A DNA stretch of 64,000 nt, from the sequence record MK327936.1; one strand, 5' to 3'. Positions 50,358-59,278 of the stretch are shown here, piece by piece (the first letter of the stretch is position 1; every line of letters starts with the position of its first letter). Source of the stretch: Escherichia phage vB_EcoM_G2540. Position numbers and translations under genes: made by a program. Under the pieces are notes generated by a model that was not told the origin of the DNA, did no database searches, and saw only the letters and a list, made by a program, of their open reading frames with translations.

Positions 50358-51382
50358 TAGTTTAGTGCATTTAGTGCATTGTTCAGTTTAGAACGTTGCT
50401 TTGTCAGATTTTGAACCCTTGACTGAGCTTGTTCTAACACCTTTTCAGCTTCTAGCACTTCATTGGTCGCTTTAACGAGTTCATCATCTACTGCCTTAAG
50501 AGACTTCTCAATCGCGCCAGCGTGCCATTTTTCTACAGGTTTAAGACTCGGATTTTCAACAGGAAGAAAATTCACTTTATTGAATTTCCATGCATCATTA
50601 TTACCTGAACTATACATCCAAAATTTAGAATCGTTTGATGAGCAATTGGATAAATTTAAATTTAAGTTATCTTGCACTTCTTGCTTTTTCTCTTGCGGGA
50701 CTTCGTCCTTTCTCAAAAAATCGTATTTAAATGAAACAATCATATCAAGTTCATATGTTGTCGTATCTAACTTAAATCGTTCAAAACGAGGTAAAATCTT
50801 AGATTGAACAGCAGCAACAACATCCATATACTTAAATGCTTCTGTCAACTGTGATTTAAGGCATTCACAAATTGAAAGAGAATTTTTTGTATTAGGTTTA
50901 AAGCTAATTCGTGCAGTTCTGTTATTTTCTTTTAATGGTCTTACTTCCATCTGAAGAGTATAACCATCAAATTTCAGATTCTTTAAGTTAATATCAGAAC
51001 CTTTTAATCGACTAGCCGTCGACAAAATTTGCTTTAATTGTTTACGGAATAGAGCAATAAATCTCCACTCAATACGATAATGATTTGGATTAAAAAATCC
51101 TGTTGATAAATCAACCTTACTCTGACCAACGCCTTGAACAAATAGAGGATTTTTATAATCAATAGTTTTACAGAAATCGGTGAGCTGCTCACGAGCCGTC
51201 ATTTGTGTAATATACCCCGCTTTACTAAAATGACGTAACCATTCACTGCTATTCATATATTTAAAGTGAATATCACGATTAACTTTATCAGGGTCTAAAT
51301 TATTTTGGCACAAAAATGTCATAACATCACGAGTATAACTGGCATTACGAACCATATCTTCAATTTGAGAACGAGTTTTCAT
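50357..51382 (-). CDS. paralogue family member 3, 341 aa
   Basis: N-terminus MKTRSQ...; motif FIALFRKQLKQILSTASRL; C-terminal coiled coil ...VLEAEKVLEQAQSRVQNLTKQRSKLNNALNALN. Confidence 0.5.
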   Translation of the reverse strand: MKTRSQIEDMVRNASYTRDVMTFLCQNNLDPDKVNRDIHFKYMNSSEWLRHFSKAGYITQMTAREQLTDFCKTIDYKNPLFVQGVGQSKVDLSTGFFNPNHYRIEWRFIALFRKQLKQILSTASRLKGSDINLKNLKFDGYTLQMEVRPLKENNRTARISFKPNTKNSLSICECLKSQLTEAFKYMDVVAAVQSKILPRFERFKLDTTTYELDMIVSFKYDFLRKDEVPQEKKQEVQDNLNLNLSNCSSNDSKFWMYSSGNNDAWKFNKVNFLPVENPSLKPVEKWHAGAIEKSLKAVDDELVKATNEVLEAEKVLEQAQSRVQNLTKQRSKLNNALNALN

Positions 51383-51390
51383 GGTGTTCC

Positions 51391-52293
51391 TTAAAATTTA
51401 AGTAAATCAACGATTTTAATTAATTTTTCACGCTCAGATTTAGCTTTACTACTCAATCCAGATAGTCTGAAAATTTCATCATCATATTGCTGAATAGAAA
51501 TATTTAGCTCTTCAATCTGTTTATTAAAATAATCAATTTGTTCAGAATGTTTTTCGTTACTACGAACTGGTACAGGTTTTGTAGGCAATTTAGTTGAACT
51601 GGATTCATCCGGGCGATAAATTAAAATACAACTTGAACCAATAGGGCATTTTGCACCAGATGAATATTCTAATGTTCCGGCTTCTTTTAAAACTTCAAAA
51701 GCTAAACAGAGATGATGCCCCATATTGACATAATCTGTAGAGTGAGCTCTGATGTAATAATCATCTCCACGAGTACTAAATTTAAAGCATTTAAGGTCTT
51801 CTGTATTATTGGTCTTAAAAATCATTTGTTTATCTAGACCTTTAGCTAATCGAGCGCCTAATGCTAATAATCGTCGTTGATTTTCCCACAAATCCGCAAT
51901 CATTTGGTCAAATGATAATTTCGGCATTAGTCGACCATAAAGGTCATATCCTTTATTATAATTGCGAAGGATTTCACTCGCATTAATACGAGACAACGCT
52001 CCAATTTTATTAAGGGCTTTCATGATGCGATTAGATAAACCCATTCCAGATCCGTTTGTTCGTTGCAAATGTTTATCTAATCCAAACCCAATATCAACTT
52101 TAAATTTATCTAAAATTTCAGCATGAACATCTCTGTCAATAACATTCAAATCCAAAGTTGGGTTAAATCTATGAAAAAATTTATCTGGCTCTCCACGACG
52201 AAGTACAGTCCATTCATTTAATTTTTTATTAACTAAAGATTTAATTACTGCATTGACATTATTAATTACTACTGACATATTTTTCTCACTCAA
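51391..52293 (-). CDS. paralogue family member 4, 300 aa
   Basis: C-terminal coiled coil ...IEELNISIQQYDDEIFRLSGLSSKAKSEREKLIKIVDLLKF; weaker internal similarity. Confidence 0.45.
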   Translation of the reverse strand: MSEKNMSVVINNVNAVIKSLVNKKLNEWTVLRRGEPDKFFHRFNPTLDLNVIDRDVHAEILDKFKVDIGFGLDKHLQRTNGSGMGLSNRIMKALNKIGALSRINASEILRNYNKGYDLYGRLMPKLSFDQMIADLWENQRRLLALGARLAKGLDKQMIFKTNNTEDLKCFKFSTRGDDYYIRAHSTDYVNMGHHLCLAFEVLKEAGTLEYSSGAKCPIGSSCILIYRPDESSSTKLPTKPVPVRSNEKHSEQIDYFNKQIEELNISIQQYDDEIFRLSGLSSKAKSEREKLIKIVDLLKF

Positions 52294-52694
52294 TTTTCAA
52301 TTTTACTAAATACACAGAATATGATGGAAAAGACTATATAAGCACCGCATACAGATTGAACTAATACCATTCCAAAGAACCAAACAATATTATCAAACAA
52401 TGTCTGTTTTACGTCGAAAGGACGTAAACTTACAGTAATATTATCACCTTTTTCTATTGAAGAATACATCTCTGGGGAAATATATTCACTAAATCTATAA
52501 CCGTCTTTGAGTTCATATACAGCAATAAACGATAAACTAGACCCCTTTCCTTGAGTTCCTGTAAAGGTATTAACTACAGTAACATCATAATCTTTATAAT
52601 GCATATAATCATTAATTGCGTAATAACCATATGCAACTACTACACATAAACAACATATCAATAAATTCAATCTTTTAATTATCAACTGTTTCAT
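52290..52694 (-). CDS. membrane protein, 134 aa
   Basis: hydrophobic N- and C-terminal helices; stop overlaps the next start. Confidence 0.45.
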   Translation of the reverse strand: MKQLIIKRLNLLICCLCVVVAYGYYAINDYMHYKDYDVTVVNTFTGTQGKGSSLSFIAVYELKDGYRFSEYISPEMYSSIEKGDNITVSLRPFDVKQTLFDNIVWFFGMVLVQSVCGAYIVFSIIFCVFSKIEN

Positions 52695-52749
52695 AATAAT
52701 CTCAATTAAAAGGGCTTAGAACCATTATACCATCCTTGGTATAAAGCGG

Positions 52750-53277
52750 TTATGCGAGTACCGTCTTTAACCGTTCTTCAAACTTCCGAAGAGTATTCTG
52801 GCGTTCAGCTCTTTGCTTTTTGTAAGTTTCAATACGCTCTGAAATGAGAGTGTATCGTTCATTTACTGATTCTTTCATAAAATCAGGAATTTCACGAGAA
52901 GCTTTAATCTCGTCAAATTTATCAATAACTGCTTGCTCTTCAGCAATTAAGTTATCATACATCAAAATATCTTTCTTGATGAACTCAATATCTTCTTGAG
53001 TTACACGAGATAATTTAGATGCTTTATCCTTTTTGTACTGTTCGTTAGTATCACGAGACCAGTGTAATGTACGATTTTTATTCGTATTCTTGTAAATTTC
53101 TACAATACCAATCTCATCGATAATAACGATCCAATTCCAACGAGATTTGTAAATTTGTCCTCCGTCAACCGTGATTTCACCTCCGATTGAGATGTCATTA
53201 AAGAACTTGCTTTGTGCTTCAGATTTAAATTTACCATCGTTGTAATTTACCAGGTTGAAAATATCTTTAGCGTTCAT
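52750..53277 (-). CDS. hypothetical protein, 175 aa
   Basis: ORF with GGAGG Shine-Dalgarno; helical, charged C-terminus. Confidence 0.45.
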   Translation of the reverse strand: MNAKDIFNLVNYNDGKFKSEAQSKFFNDISIGGEITVDGGQIYKSRWNWIVIIDEIGIVEIYKNTNKNRTLHWSRDTNEQYKKDKASKLSRVTQEDIEFIKKDILMYDNLIAEEQAVIDKFDEIKASREIPDFMKESVNERYTLISERIETYKKQRAERQNTLRKFEERLKTVLA

Positions 53278-53305
53278 TTTGTGTTCCTCCGTAGTTGATA
53301 GTTGT

Positions 53306-53335
53306 ATAGTACCACAGAGGAACAGTCTTGTAAAC
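53306..53335 (-). promoter_or_regulatory. T4-type early promoter (repeated cassette family)
   Basis: plus gtaaac 53330-53335, 18-bp spacer, plus atagta 53306-53311; shares the gtagttgatagttgtatagtacca block. Confidence 0.5.
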
Positions 53336-53337
53336 CA

Positions 53338-53652
53338 CTAAAAGAAACTTCTTTCACAATTTTTTCCACTGAACCATGCGCTTACCGCTTTCTTAGTCTC
53401 AGGAGCAGTGTTATCCATAAACCATTCAAAGGCAGCCTTTTTATGATTCTGGAGGGCTTCTCGGGCTTTAATCTGCTCACGGTCTATTAACACTAACATA
53501 TGAGCCTTTCTTGTCACCATGGGCTTCTTATGATTTTTTGAATACTCCCAGTCATTTGTCCATCGCATTGTCGTTGCGAACTTAAATACTGCTTCTTTAA
53601 TTTTAGTTTCGTAAATTTCACGAGCCTTTGAGTATAACATCATTACCTCCAT
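53338..53652 (-). CDS. hypothetical protein, 104 aa
   Basis: ORF. Confidence 0.4.
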   Translation of the reverse strand: MEVMMLYSKAREIYETKIKEAVFKFATTMRWTNDWEYSKNHKKPMVTRKAHMLVLIDREQIKAREALQNHKKAAFEWFMDNTAPETKKAVSAWFSGKNCERSFF

Positions 53653-53742
53653 TCACCAGTTTAATTCTAGTCATCTTTTTAATGGCAGTCCATATAATCT
53701 ATTTCTGAACTGCCTTTTTGTCATAGAAGTCCTCTTATGAAT

Positions 53743-54711
53743 TTATTTCAGAAGAGTAACCTCAGCGATTTCTTCCCAACCGTTTTTGTCGGTCATAATA
53801 AAGTCAGCAAGATAAAGAGCAGTACGCAGTGAAACATTGCGTAAACGATTAACATTAACTTTCATCCATGATAATGCTTTATAAGTTTCTTCATCAGAAA
53901 GACCGCGCTTTTGCATCATGTCGGTTGAAAGAATAACATCTTCAACCCTGACCATAATTTCTTCATTAGTGTGAACACCCAAATCTAAATAAACTGAGCG
54001 GGACACTAATGCTTGTAAATGTGGAGCAAGTTTAGTACCGCGGTCTAATTCGCGGTCAATGTCAACGTTTGTGATAAAAACAATCGTTCCTTTAAATTCA
54101 AACTCACGGTCAATGCCTTTTTCTTCTAAGTAAGAAGATGCAGTGCTCCAGCAGACTTTACGGGTCTCTCCAGTGTCCAGAGCAGCTTTTAGAAGATTAA
54201 GAATGTCCATATCAGAGAAAACATCCACATCATCAATCAAAAGGACAGAGTTCTCTTCACGATTATACCAAAGCTGCTCATAAAGACCAATACCAGAGAT
54301 TTTACCATTAATGCTTTTATATTCAATGTATCCAATATCGTTTGCTTTATTTAAAGCTTTATCTAAAGAATACGTTTTACCAATACCTGCTGCGCCAGAG
54401 ATAATTAATGAACGAATATTTCCATTAATAATACCATTCGTCATCATTCCCATAACATTAAATCTTTTATTAATGCGGGTTTTCATATCTTCATATGATT
54501 CTTTAACTTCTTCAACTTTTACACCATCATATGAAATATCTGATTTGTAAACCCAAACACCACGACGTTTACCGTCAATTTCAACAAAAACTTTACCATC
54601 TCCTTGTGCATCTACCGGAGCATTATCTGGGAACCATTCGCCTAAGAGCTCAAAAGTTCCAGAGATTTCTTTACCGAAGTAGATACCCTTATTGATAGTT
54701 ACAGTTTTCAT
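53743..54711 (-). CDS. P-loop AAA+-type ATPase, ~322 aa
   Basis: Walker A SGAAGIGKTYSL and Walker B VLLIDDVD; start placed at MKTVTINKG (GGAGAA Shine-Dalgarno). Confidence 0.55.
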   Translation of the reverse strand: MKTVTINKGIYFGKEISGTFELLGEWFPDNAPVDAQGDGKVFVEIDGKRRGVWVYKSDISYDGVKVEEVKESYEDMKTRINKRFNVMGMMTNGIINGNIRSLIISGAAGIGKTYSLDKALNKANDIGYIEYKSINGKISGIGLYEQLWYNREENSVLLIDDVDVFSDMDILNLLKAALDTGETRKVCWSTASSYLEEKGIDREFEFKGTIVFITNVDIDRELDRGTKLAPHLQALVSRSVYLDLGVHTNEEIMVRVEDVILSTDMMQKRGLSDEETYKALSWMKVNVNRLRNVSLRTALYLADFIMTDKNGWEEIAEVTLLK

Positions 54712-54747
54712 TTTATTCTCCAATCTCACATTTGTTTTGATAGGGTA

Positions 54748-54777
54748 ATAGTATCACACTACTACCCTTTTGTAAAC
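54748..54777 (-). promoter_or_regulatory. T4-type early promoter
   Basis: plus gtaaac 54772-54777, 18-bp spacer, plus atagta 54748-54753. Confidence 0.5.
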
Positions 54778-54780
54778 AAT

Positions 54781-55044
54781 TTATTTTAACGTTCGCCAAA
54801 TTTTTACTGCTTCACGGCGAGATACTTCTACAGCTCCAAGTTCTACAGCTTTTTGGCGTCGGCGAGCGTGTAAGTCATAATGTTTAATGCGTTTATCTTG
54901 AAACCAAGAACGTTTCATTCCTATTGCTTCTGCCATTTCATGAAGCTCTTCAATATCTCCATCAGTGAACATATGACAATTTTTAGTTGGATGACCGCGA
55001 AGTTTCCATCCATGATTCATTAAAACATCTACGTAAACTGTCAT
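54781..55044 (-). CDS. hypothetical protein, 87 aa
   Basis: ORF; His/Arg-rich. Confidence 0.4.
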   Translation of the reverse strand: MTVYVDVLMNHGWKLRGHPTKNCHMFTDGDIEELHEMAEAIGMKRSWFQDKRIKHYDLHARRRQKAVELGAVEVSRREAVKIWRTLK

Positions 55045-55190
55045 TGATTCTTCTCCAAATAAGTTTCGATAATTTTCTGAGCGAGATAAACTGCATTATC
55101 TTCAGTTGCATCTTCTAAGAAACTTTCAAAACACTCTGAAATTTCTTCTGTATCAATCAACTTTTTTACTTCAATTGGTGTAATTTTCAT
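55041..55190 (-). CDS. small hypothetical protein (~49 aa from internal Met)
   Basis: ORF 55041..55361 trimmed to MKITPIEVKK because upstream sequence is promoter/terminator. Confidence 0.3.
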   Translation of the reverse strand: MKITPIEVKKLIDTEEISECFESFLEDATEDNAVYLAQKIIETYLEKNQ

Positions 55191-55227
55191 TTTGTTTTTC
55201 CGTTTAAGTGTTTGTTTTGATAGTTGT

Positions 55228-55257
55228 ATAGTACCATAAAGCTTTATGCTTGTAAAC
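55228..55257 (-). promoter_or_regulatory. T4-type early promoter (repeated cassette family)
   Basis: plus gtaaac 55252-55257, 18-bp spacer, plus atagta 55228-55233. Confidence 0.5.
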
Positions 55258-55282
55258 AATTTTGTGAAAAATTTTTGAAATA

Positions 55283-55308
55283 AAAAAAGGGAGCCCGAAG
55301 GCTCCCTA
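55283..55308 (-). terminator. intrinsic terminator
   Basis: agggagc-ccgaa-ggctccct hairpin followed on the transcript by UUUUUUUAUUU; 3' of the 328-aa ORF. Confidence 0.6.
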
Positions 55309-56295
55309 TCATTTATAATAACTTCGGTGGTTTTCAAGATAAACCCTCTCAAGGAAGTCATCCCAAAAACCCATGTCTACTTTTTGCTGCATACCGTTCT
55401 TAGAAGCTTCAGTAGATGCTGCTTCTACTTGATCGACCACATCTTCCAAAAACTCTTGAACCGTTTTAAATGGATGTTTACCCAACTTCACGTCGAGAAT
55501 AAATGGAGCATCTTGGAGTGGATAAACCAAGTCACCAGTTTTGTAAATTTCCAATAGTTGGAGTCCACCACGGCAAGCATGACTCAGAGCTTTCCAGTCA
55601 ATACCTTCATTGGCTTCGGCCTTACGAGCACGTTCACCGTATTCAGCATCTAATTTGTTCAGTGACTGCTTAAGCTCAATAAGAGAAAGCGTTGTCTGAT
55701 ATTTACGACCCAACACTGTGTAGAACGTCTGTGGGCCTGTTTTCTCATGATTATGGAACACCCATTCACAGAATTCGTTTTCTGGAAGACGATGCTTAAT
55801 ATCTTCAACTTTAGTACGACGCTGCTTAATAGAACCATCTTCTTGGTAATCAACCCATTGCTCAGGGATTTGATTAACTACTTTCAATACATCACGTAAT
55901 GCAGCCAAACGAGAACCCTTAACGCCGTATTTAGAAGCTTGCTTACGGACATATCCTAAATAGGATTTCATGTTAGTCGTATAAAAACGAGAACGGTTGT
56001 CTTGAATAAACTTCCACACATCAGGCAAATCAGATTTAACCACTAGTTCAGGTGGAGTGTGAAGCATATCTAACGCTACAGTTTCACCATCTGCTGCTAA
56101 TTTAAAGAAATATTTAAGACTGTATAGTTCATGGTCAATATCATCTTTAGTGTTTTTAGATGATGTGTTGTTAGTGTTTTTACTCATGTGCTCTTTAACA
56201 TTTCCGATAAGAATATCACGAGCAGGAGGAACAAAGATTTCTTTAAAATCTACATCAGATTCTGGGGGTAGAAGTTCCATAAAGATGACTACCAA
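55309..56295 (-). CDS. hypothetical protein, 328 aa
   Basis: large ORF with no motif I can name; directly upstream of the AAA+ ATPase block. Confidence 0.5.
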   Translation of the reverse strand: MVVIFMELLPPESDVDFKEIFVPPARDILIGNVKEHMSKNTNNTSSKNTKDDIDHELYSLKYFFKLAADGETVALDMLHTPPELVVKSDLPDVWKFIQDNRSRFYTTNMKSYLGYVRKQASKYGVKGSRLAALRDVLKVVNQIPEQWVDYQEDGSIKQRRTKVEDIKHRLPENEFCEWVFHNHEKTGPQTFYTVLGRKYQTTLSLIELKQSLNKLDAEYGERARKAEANEGIDWKALSHACRGGLQLLEIYKTGDLVYPLQDAPFILDVKLGKHPFKTVQEFLEDVVDQVEAASTEASKNGMQQKVDMGFWDDFLERVYLENHRSYYK

Positions 56296-56319
56296 AATAG
56301 CTTTTCATTACTGTTTTCA

Positions 56320-56781
56320 TCATTCAGCCTTATATTCAATAACAGGACATACTTTAGCTTTACGAGCTTTTAAAAATTCAACGATAATCGATTTCTTGGG
56401 TTGAATAGGAGGTAAACCTTTATACGCCCTATCAATATTTTCTACGTGTAAAGCATAATCCTTTTTCCATTTATAATCTTTATATTTTTCACGCAGTTGT
56501 GCAGGAATAACAAATGAACCGATAATAAGTAAAACAAGCAAAATGGCAAGTATAAATGCTGATGGAATAAGAGTCCATAAACTACCAAAAATAAGCCATT
56601 TCTGTATGATTTCTGCGCAGATGATAGTTAGACCTACGAGTATAGTACATCCGAAAAAAGAAACGAAAAATGTAGGAATAACAATAGACCAAAAATACGC
56701 GCACAGTGTCTTAGGTCGTTTCCATTCATCATTAAACATTTTGAATAATTTATAATGCCAAGAGTTTTCATTAATAATCAT
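56320..56781 (-). CDS. membrane protein, 153 aa
   Basis: two to three predicted TM helices. Confidence 0.45.
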   Translation of the reverse strand: MIINENSWHYKLFKMFNDEWKRPKTLCAYFWSIVIPTFFVSFFGCTILVGLTIICAEIIQKWLIFGSLWTLIPSAFILAILLVLLIIGSFVIPAQLREKYKDYKWKKDYALHVENIDRAYKGLPPIQPKKSIIVEFLKARKAKVCPVIEYKAE

Positions 56782-56783
56782 AA

Positions 56784-57305
56784 TTATCCTTTCATTGAAG
56801 GTGTAACAGTTGTTAAATACTTAATCATAGCTTCAGCTTCTGATTTTGATAATGAAATTTCTCCATTGTTTTGACGAATAGAAATAAAATCCGGATGACG
56901 GTCACCACCAGCTTTTAAAACACACATATAAGTATCAGTTTCATCTTCAATATTTGAAATGATTGAAGCAGTTCCACATGAATGTGGTTTTTGATAAATC
57001 AATACAGCTTTTCTTCCACCGTTTGACTGTTCATAAACTTTTAACACATCAAACAAATCACTTCTTTTATCAATAGCTAAGATGTTGTTTTCATCTTCAA
57101 TGTTAAATCCTTCGGATACTTCATAAAGCGTTACCCATAAATCACCTATATCGATAGTAGCATTTTCCTTTCCATGACTTTCAAGAGCATGACAAATTTT
57201 CTTGATTTCATCATAACTCATTTTAATAATATCATCTCCTTGAATAAGGAAGATGTCATTTTTAAATTCAACACGAATTAAACCGCTTCCACTTGAAATA
57301 AACAT
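56784..57305 (-). CDS. hypothetical protein, 173 aa (paralogue pair)
   Basis: C-terminus ...SKSEAEAMIKYLTTVTPSMKG resembles that of the adjacent 188-aa ORF. Confidence 0.45.
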   Translation of the reverse strand: MFISSGSGLIRVEFKNDIFLIQGDDIIKMSYDEIKKICHALESHGKENATIDIGDLWVTLYEVSEGFNIEDENNILAIDKRSDLFDVLKVYEQSNGGRKAVLIYQKPHSCGTASIISNIEDETDTYMCVLKAGGDRHPDFISIRQNNGEISLSKSEAEAMIKYLTTVTPSMKG

Positions 57306-57311
57306 ATTTCC

Positions 57312-57878
57312 TCACTTTGAAATCATAGTTGGAATGGCAGAATCAAGATAAGTCTTTAGCGCAATAGCTTCGTCTTTTGTAAATGTAACAATATGTGCTC
57401 GAAAATCGTCAATTTGGCGAATAGTTAAGACATCTCCTTCTTCATAACATTTTGATACATTTAAAACAGTTTCATCATTCTGATCGCACTGATCGCAAGC
57501 GTTAGTAATAATAGCATTGCAATTTTTGAGCCATTTTAAACTATGTTTTCTTTCATTAGAATAATAAAAATATTTAATCTTAGCTATAAAACTATCCCAA
57601 TGGATAACTGATAAACACATTGACTCACTTTTAATATTAAATCCTGGGCATGAAGAATAAAAATGAATTTTGTGCTCATCATTGATGCTTACTATTTTAT
57701 CAGTATAAGGATATTCAATTTGGATTAAATGAACGATTTCACTAGGCGTAAAATATAGCATATCGTCTTCTTGCGTCAAACGATACATGTTATTTACTTT
57801 TTCTATAGCCAATTCACCAAAAAGCGGACTAACTTCTAATACTAATCGTTTCATATTGATTCTCTTCGACTCACTCAC
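57312..57878 (-). CDS. hypothetical protein, 188 aa (paralogue pair)
   Basis: C-terminus ...TKDEAIALKTYLDSAIPTMISK; probable GTG start with AAGGAG Shine-Dalgarno. Confidence 0.45.
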   Translation of the reverse strand: MSESKRINMKRLVLEVSPLFGELAIEKVNNMYRLTQEDDMLYFTPSEIVHLIQIEYPYTDKIVSINDEHKIHFYSSCPGFNIKSESMCLSVIHWDSFIAKIKYFYYSNERKHSLKWLKNCNAIITNACDQCDQNDETVLNVSKCYEEGDVLTIRQIDDFRAHIVTFTKDEAIALKTYLDSAIPTMISK

Positions 57879-58013
57879 AATTACATACTCCTTTGAATAA
57901 TATCAATAATGTTGTTCACCAGATTATAAGTAAACATTGGGTAATTATATTGAATCATCACATACACAACAAACAAAACTTTCATTCTCTTCTCCTTGAC
58001 CGTTGACAAGATT

Positions 58014-58043
58014 ACTATACCATAACCTTGTCAACTTGTAAAC
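58014..58043 (-). promoter_or_regulatory. T4-type early promoter
   Basis: plus gtaaac 58038-58043, 18-bp spacer, plus actata 58014-58019. Confidence 0.45.
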
Positions 58044-58208
58044 CATTAAATGACGTTTTCAATAAAATTCTGAAGCTTTGTGTGAGCATCAACCATAATT
58101 TTCATTTCTTCCTTTGCGAAAGCTGTACCTCTTTCCCGAGCAGAATACTCATAGTCAGAAACTGCATTAGCATATTCTTCAATTAGCTTCATTAAAAACA
58201 TTTGCTTT

Positions 58209-58439
58209 TCAGTTTTCATTATTCCACCTAATCATTTCAAGATATTGAACTAACTTAGCTTTGGATTTATCCAAATCCTTTTTAGCTGCTTCTATACCGT
58301 CGTATGAATATCCTTCACAGTGCTCAACTGCCAATTGATATGAATCTATTTCAATATCACGTGCTAATTTAATGATTTTTTCAAACTGTTCACGTGTTAG
58401 CATACTAAACTCTCGTATTATGATCAATAATTTCATCAA
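58209..58439 (-). CDS. small hypothetical protein, 76 aa
   Basis: ORF. Confidence 0.35.
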   Translation of the reverse strand: MMKLLIIIREFSMLTREQFEKIIKLARDIEIDSYQLAVEHCEGYSYDGIEAAKKDLDKSKAKLVQYLEMIRWNNEN

Positions 58440-58644
58440 GAAACATATCTAACGCTTCTAAAGCATTATCAACTTTAGCTTCAAATTTTTCAATACCTTT
58501 ATTTGCAATGCCTGCCGAAAACCAAGCAAAGTCACTAAGTTCCTCATCTGCTTTGCGAATTAAAGCTACCAATTCTTTAATTTTATCTGCTTGTTCAATT
58601 CTAGTCATTATTCCACCACATATGAAAGAGAGAATATTGCACAC
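58405..58644 (-). CDS. small hypothetical protein, 79 aa
   Basis: ORF. Confidence 0.35.
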   Translation of the reverse strand: MCNILSFICGGIMTRIEQADKIKELVALIRKADEELSDFAWFSAGIANKGIEKFEAKVDNALEALDMFLDEIIDHNTRV

Positions 58645-58796
58645 GCCATATGAGTTGCAGCTTCATCACACATATCATAACGTTTCTTAAGAAGTTCTAC
58701 AAGTTCTTCACTAGTAACTTCATCCATGTCGACGAAAAAATCACCATTAATGATGACGTAGATATTTCCTTCTTGATTGAGTGCTTCAATTTTCAT
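58608..58796 (-). CDS. small hypothetical protein (~62 aa from internal Met)
   Basis: ORF 58608..58841 trimmed to MKIEALNQ (GGAG Shine-Dalgarno) because the upstream part overlaps the promoter. Confidence 0.35.
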   Translation of the reverse strand: MKIEALNQEGNIYVIINGDFFVDMDEVTSEELVELLKKRYDMCDEAATHMACAIFSLSYVVE

Positions 58797-58824
58797 GATG
58801 TTCTCCTCTTTATCCGATAGTTGT

Positions 58825-58854
58825 ATAGTACCACAGCTCAAACGGAAAGTAAAC
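58825..58854 (-). promoter_or_regulatory. T4-type early promoter (repeated cassette family)
   Basis: plus gtaaac 58849-58854, 18-bp spacer, plus atagta 58825-58830. Confidence 0.5.
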
Positions 58855-58864
58855 CGGCAAAATG

Positions 58865-58888
58865 AAAAAAGTCTCCCGAAGGAGACTA
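58865..58888 (-). terminator. intrinsic terminator
   Basis: agtctc-ccgaa-ggagact hairpin followed on the transcript by UUUUUUC; 3' of the 128-aa ORF. Confidence 0.6.
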
Positions 58889-58891
58889 ATG

Positions 58892-59278
58892 TTATTCGAG
58901 GGAAAGAAGATACTTACTCTGGTAAAACATTCCAGTAATATCATCTATCGTGCTTTGAATGGCTGGAGGCATTTCTTTATAAATGCTGTTAGATTGATCT
59001 AGTATGCGATCAATCATTTTAATTGTGTCGGTAGGAAGTTTACTGGCATCTGGAATTGAAGGCGTGTATTTTCTACCAGAATACCCCAAATATTGCTCAC
59101 CAAATTTATCAATCAAATCTGGCAACTCGGAGAAAATAAAATCGTATGCTTTGTGTCTAGCATAACTTTTAGTTTCAAAATGTGCAGAATGAAAATAAGC
59201 TTGTGCAGCCATTAATAAACCTAAGTATTCATCTGCCTTTGAAGGTTTTCCACTTTGTGAAAAGTCGCTGAATTTCAT
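58892..59278 (-). CDS. hypothetical protein, 128 aa (rI.-1 position)
   Basis: ORF directly downstream of rI. Confidence 0.45.
   Translation of the reverse strand: MKFSDFSQSGKPSKADEYLGLLMAAQAYFHSAHFETKSYARHKAYDFIFSELPDLIDKFGEQYLGYSGRKYTPSIPDASKLPTDTIKMIDRILDQSNSIYKEMPPAIQSTIDDITGMFYQSKYLLSLE

Noticed and set aside
52711-52753. Promoter-like TGGTATAAT (plus attata 52724-52729) upstream of the 52290..52694 membrane protein
   Set aside because: No GTTTAC-type -35 at the expected spacing; only the -10 half matches.
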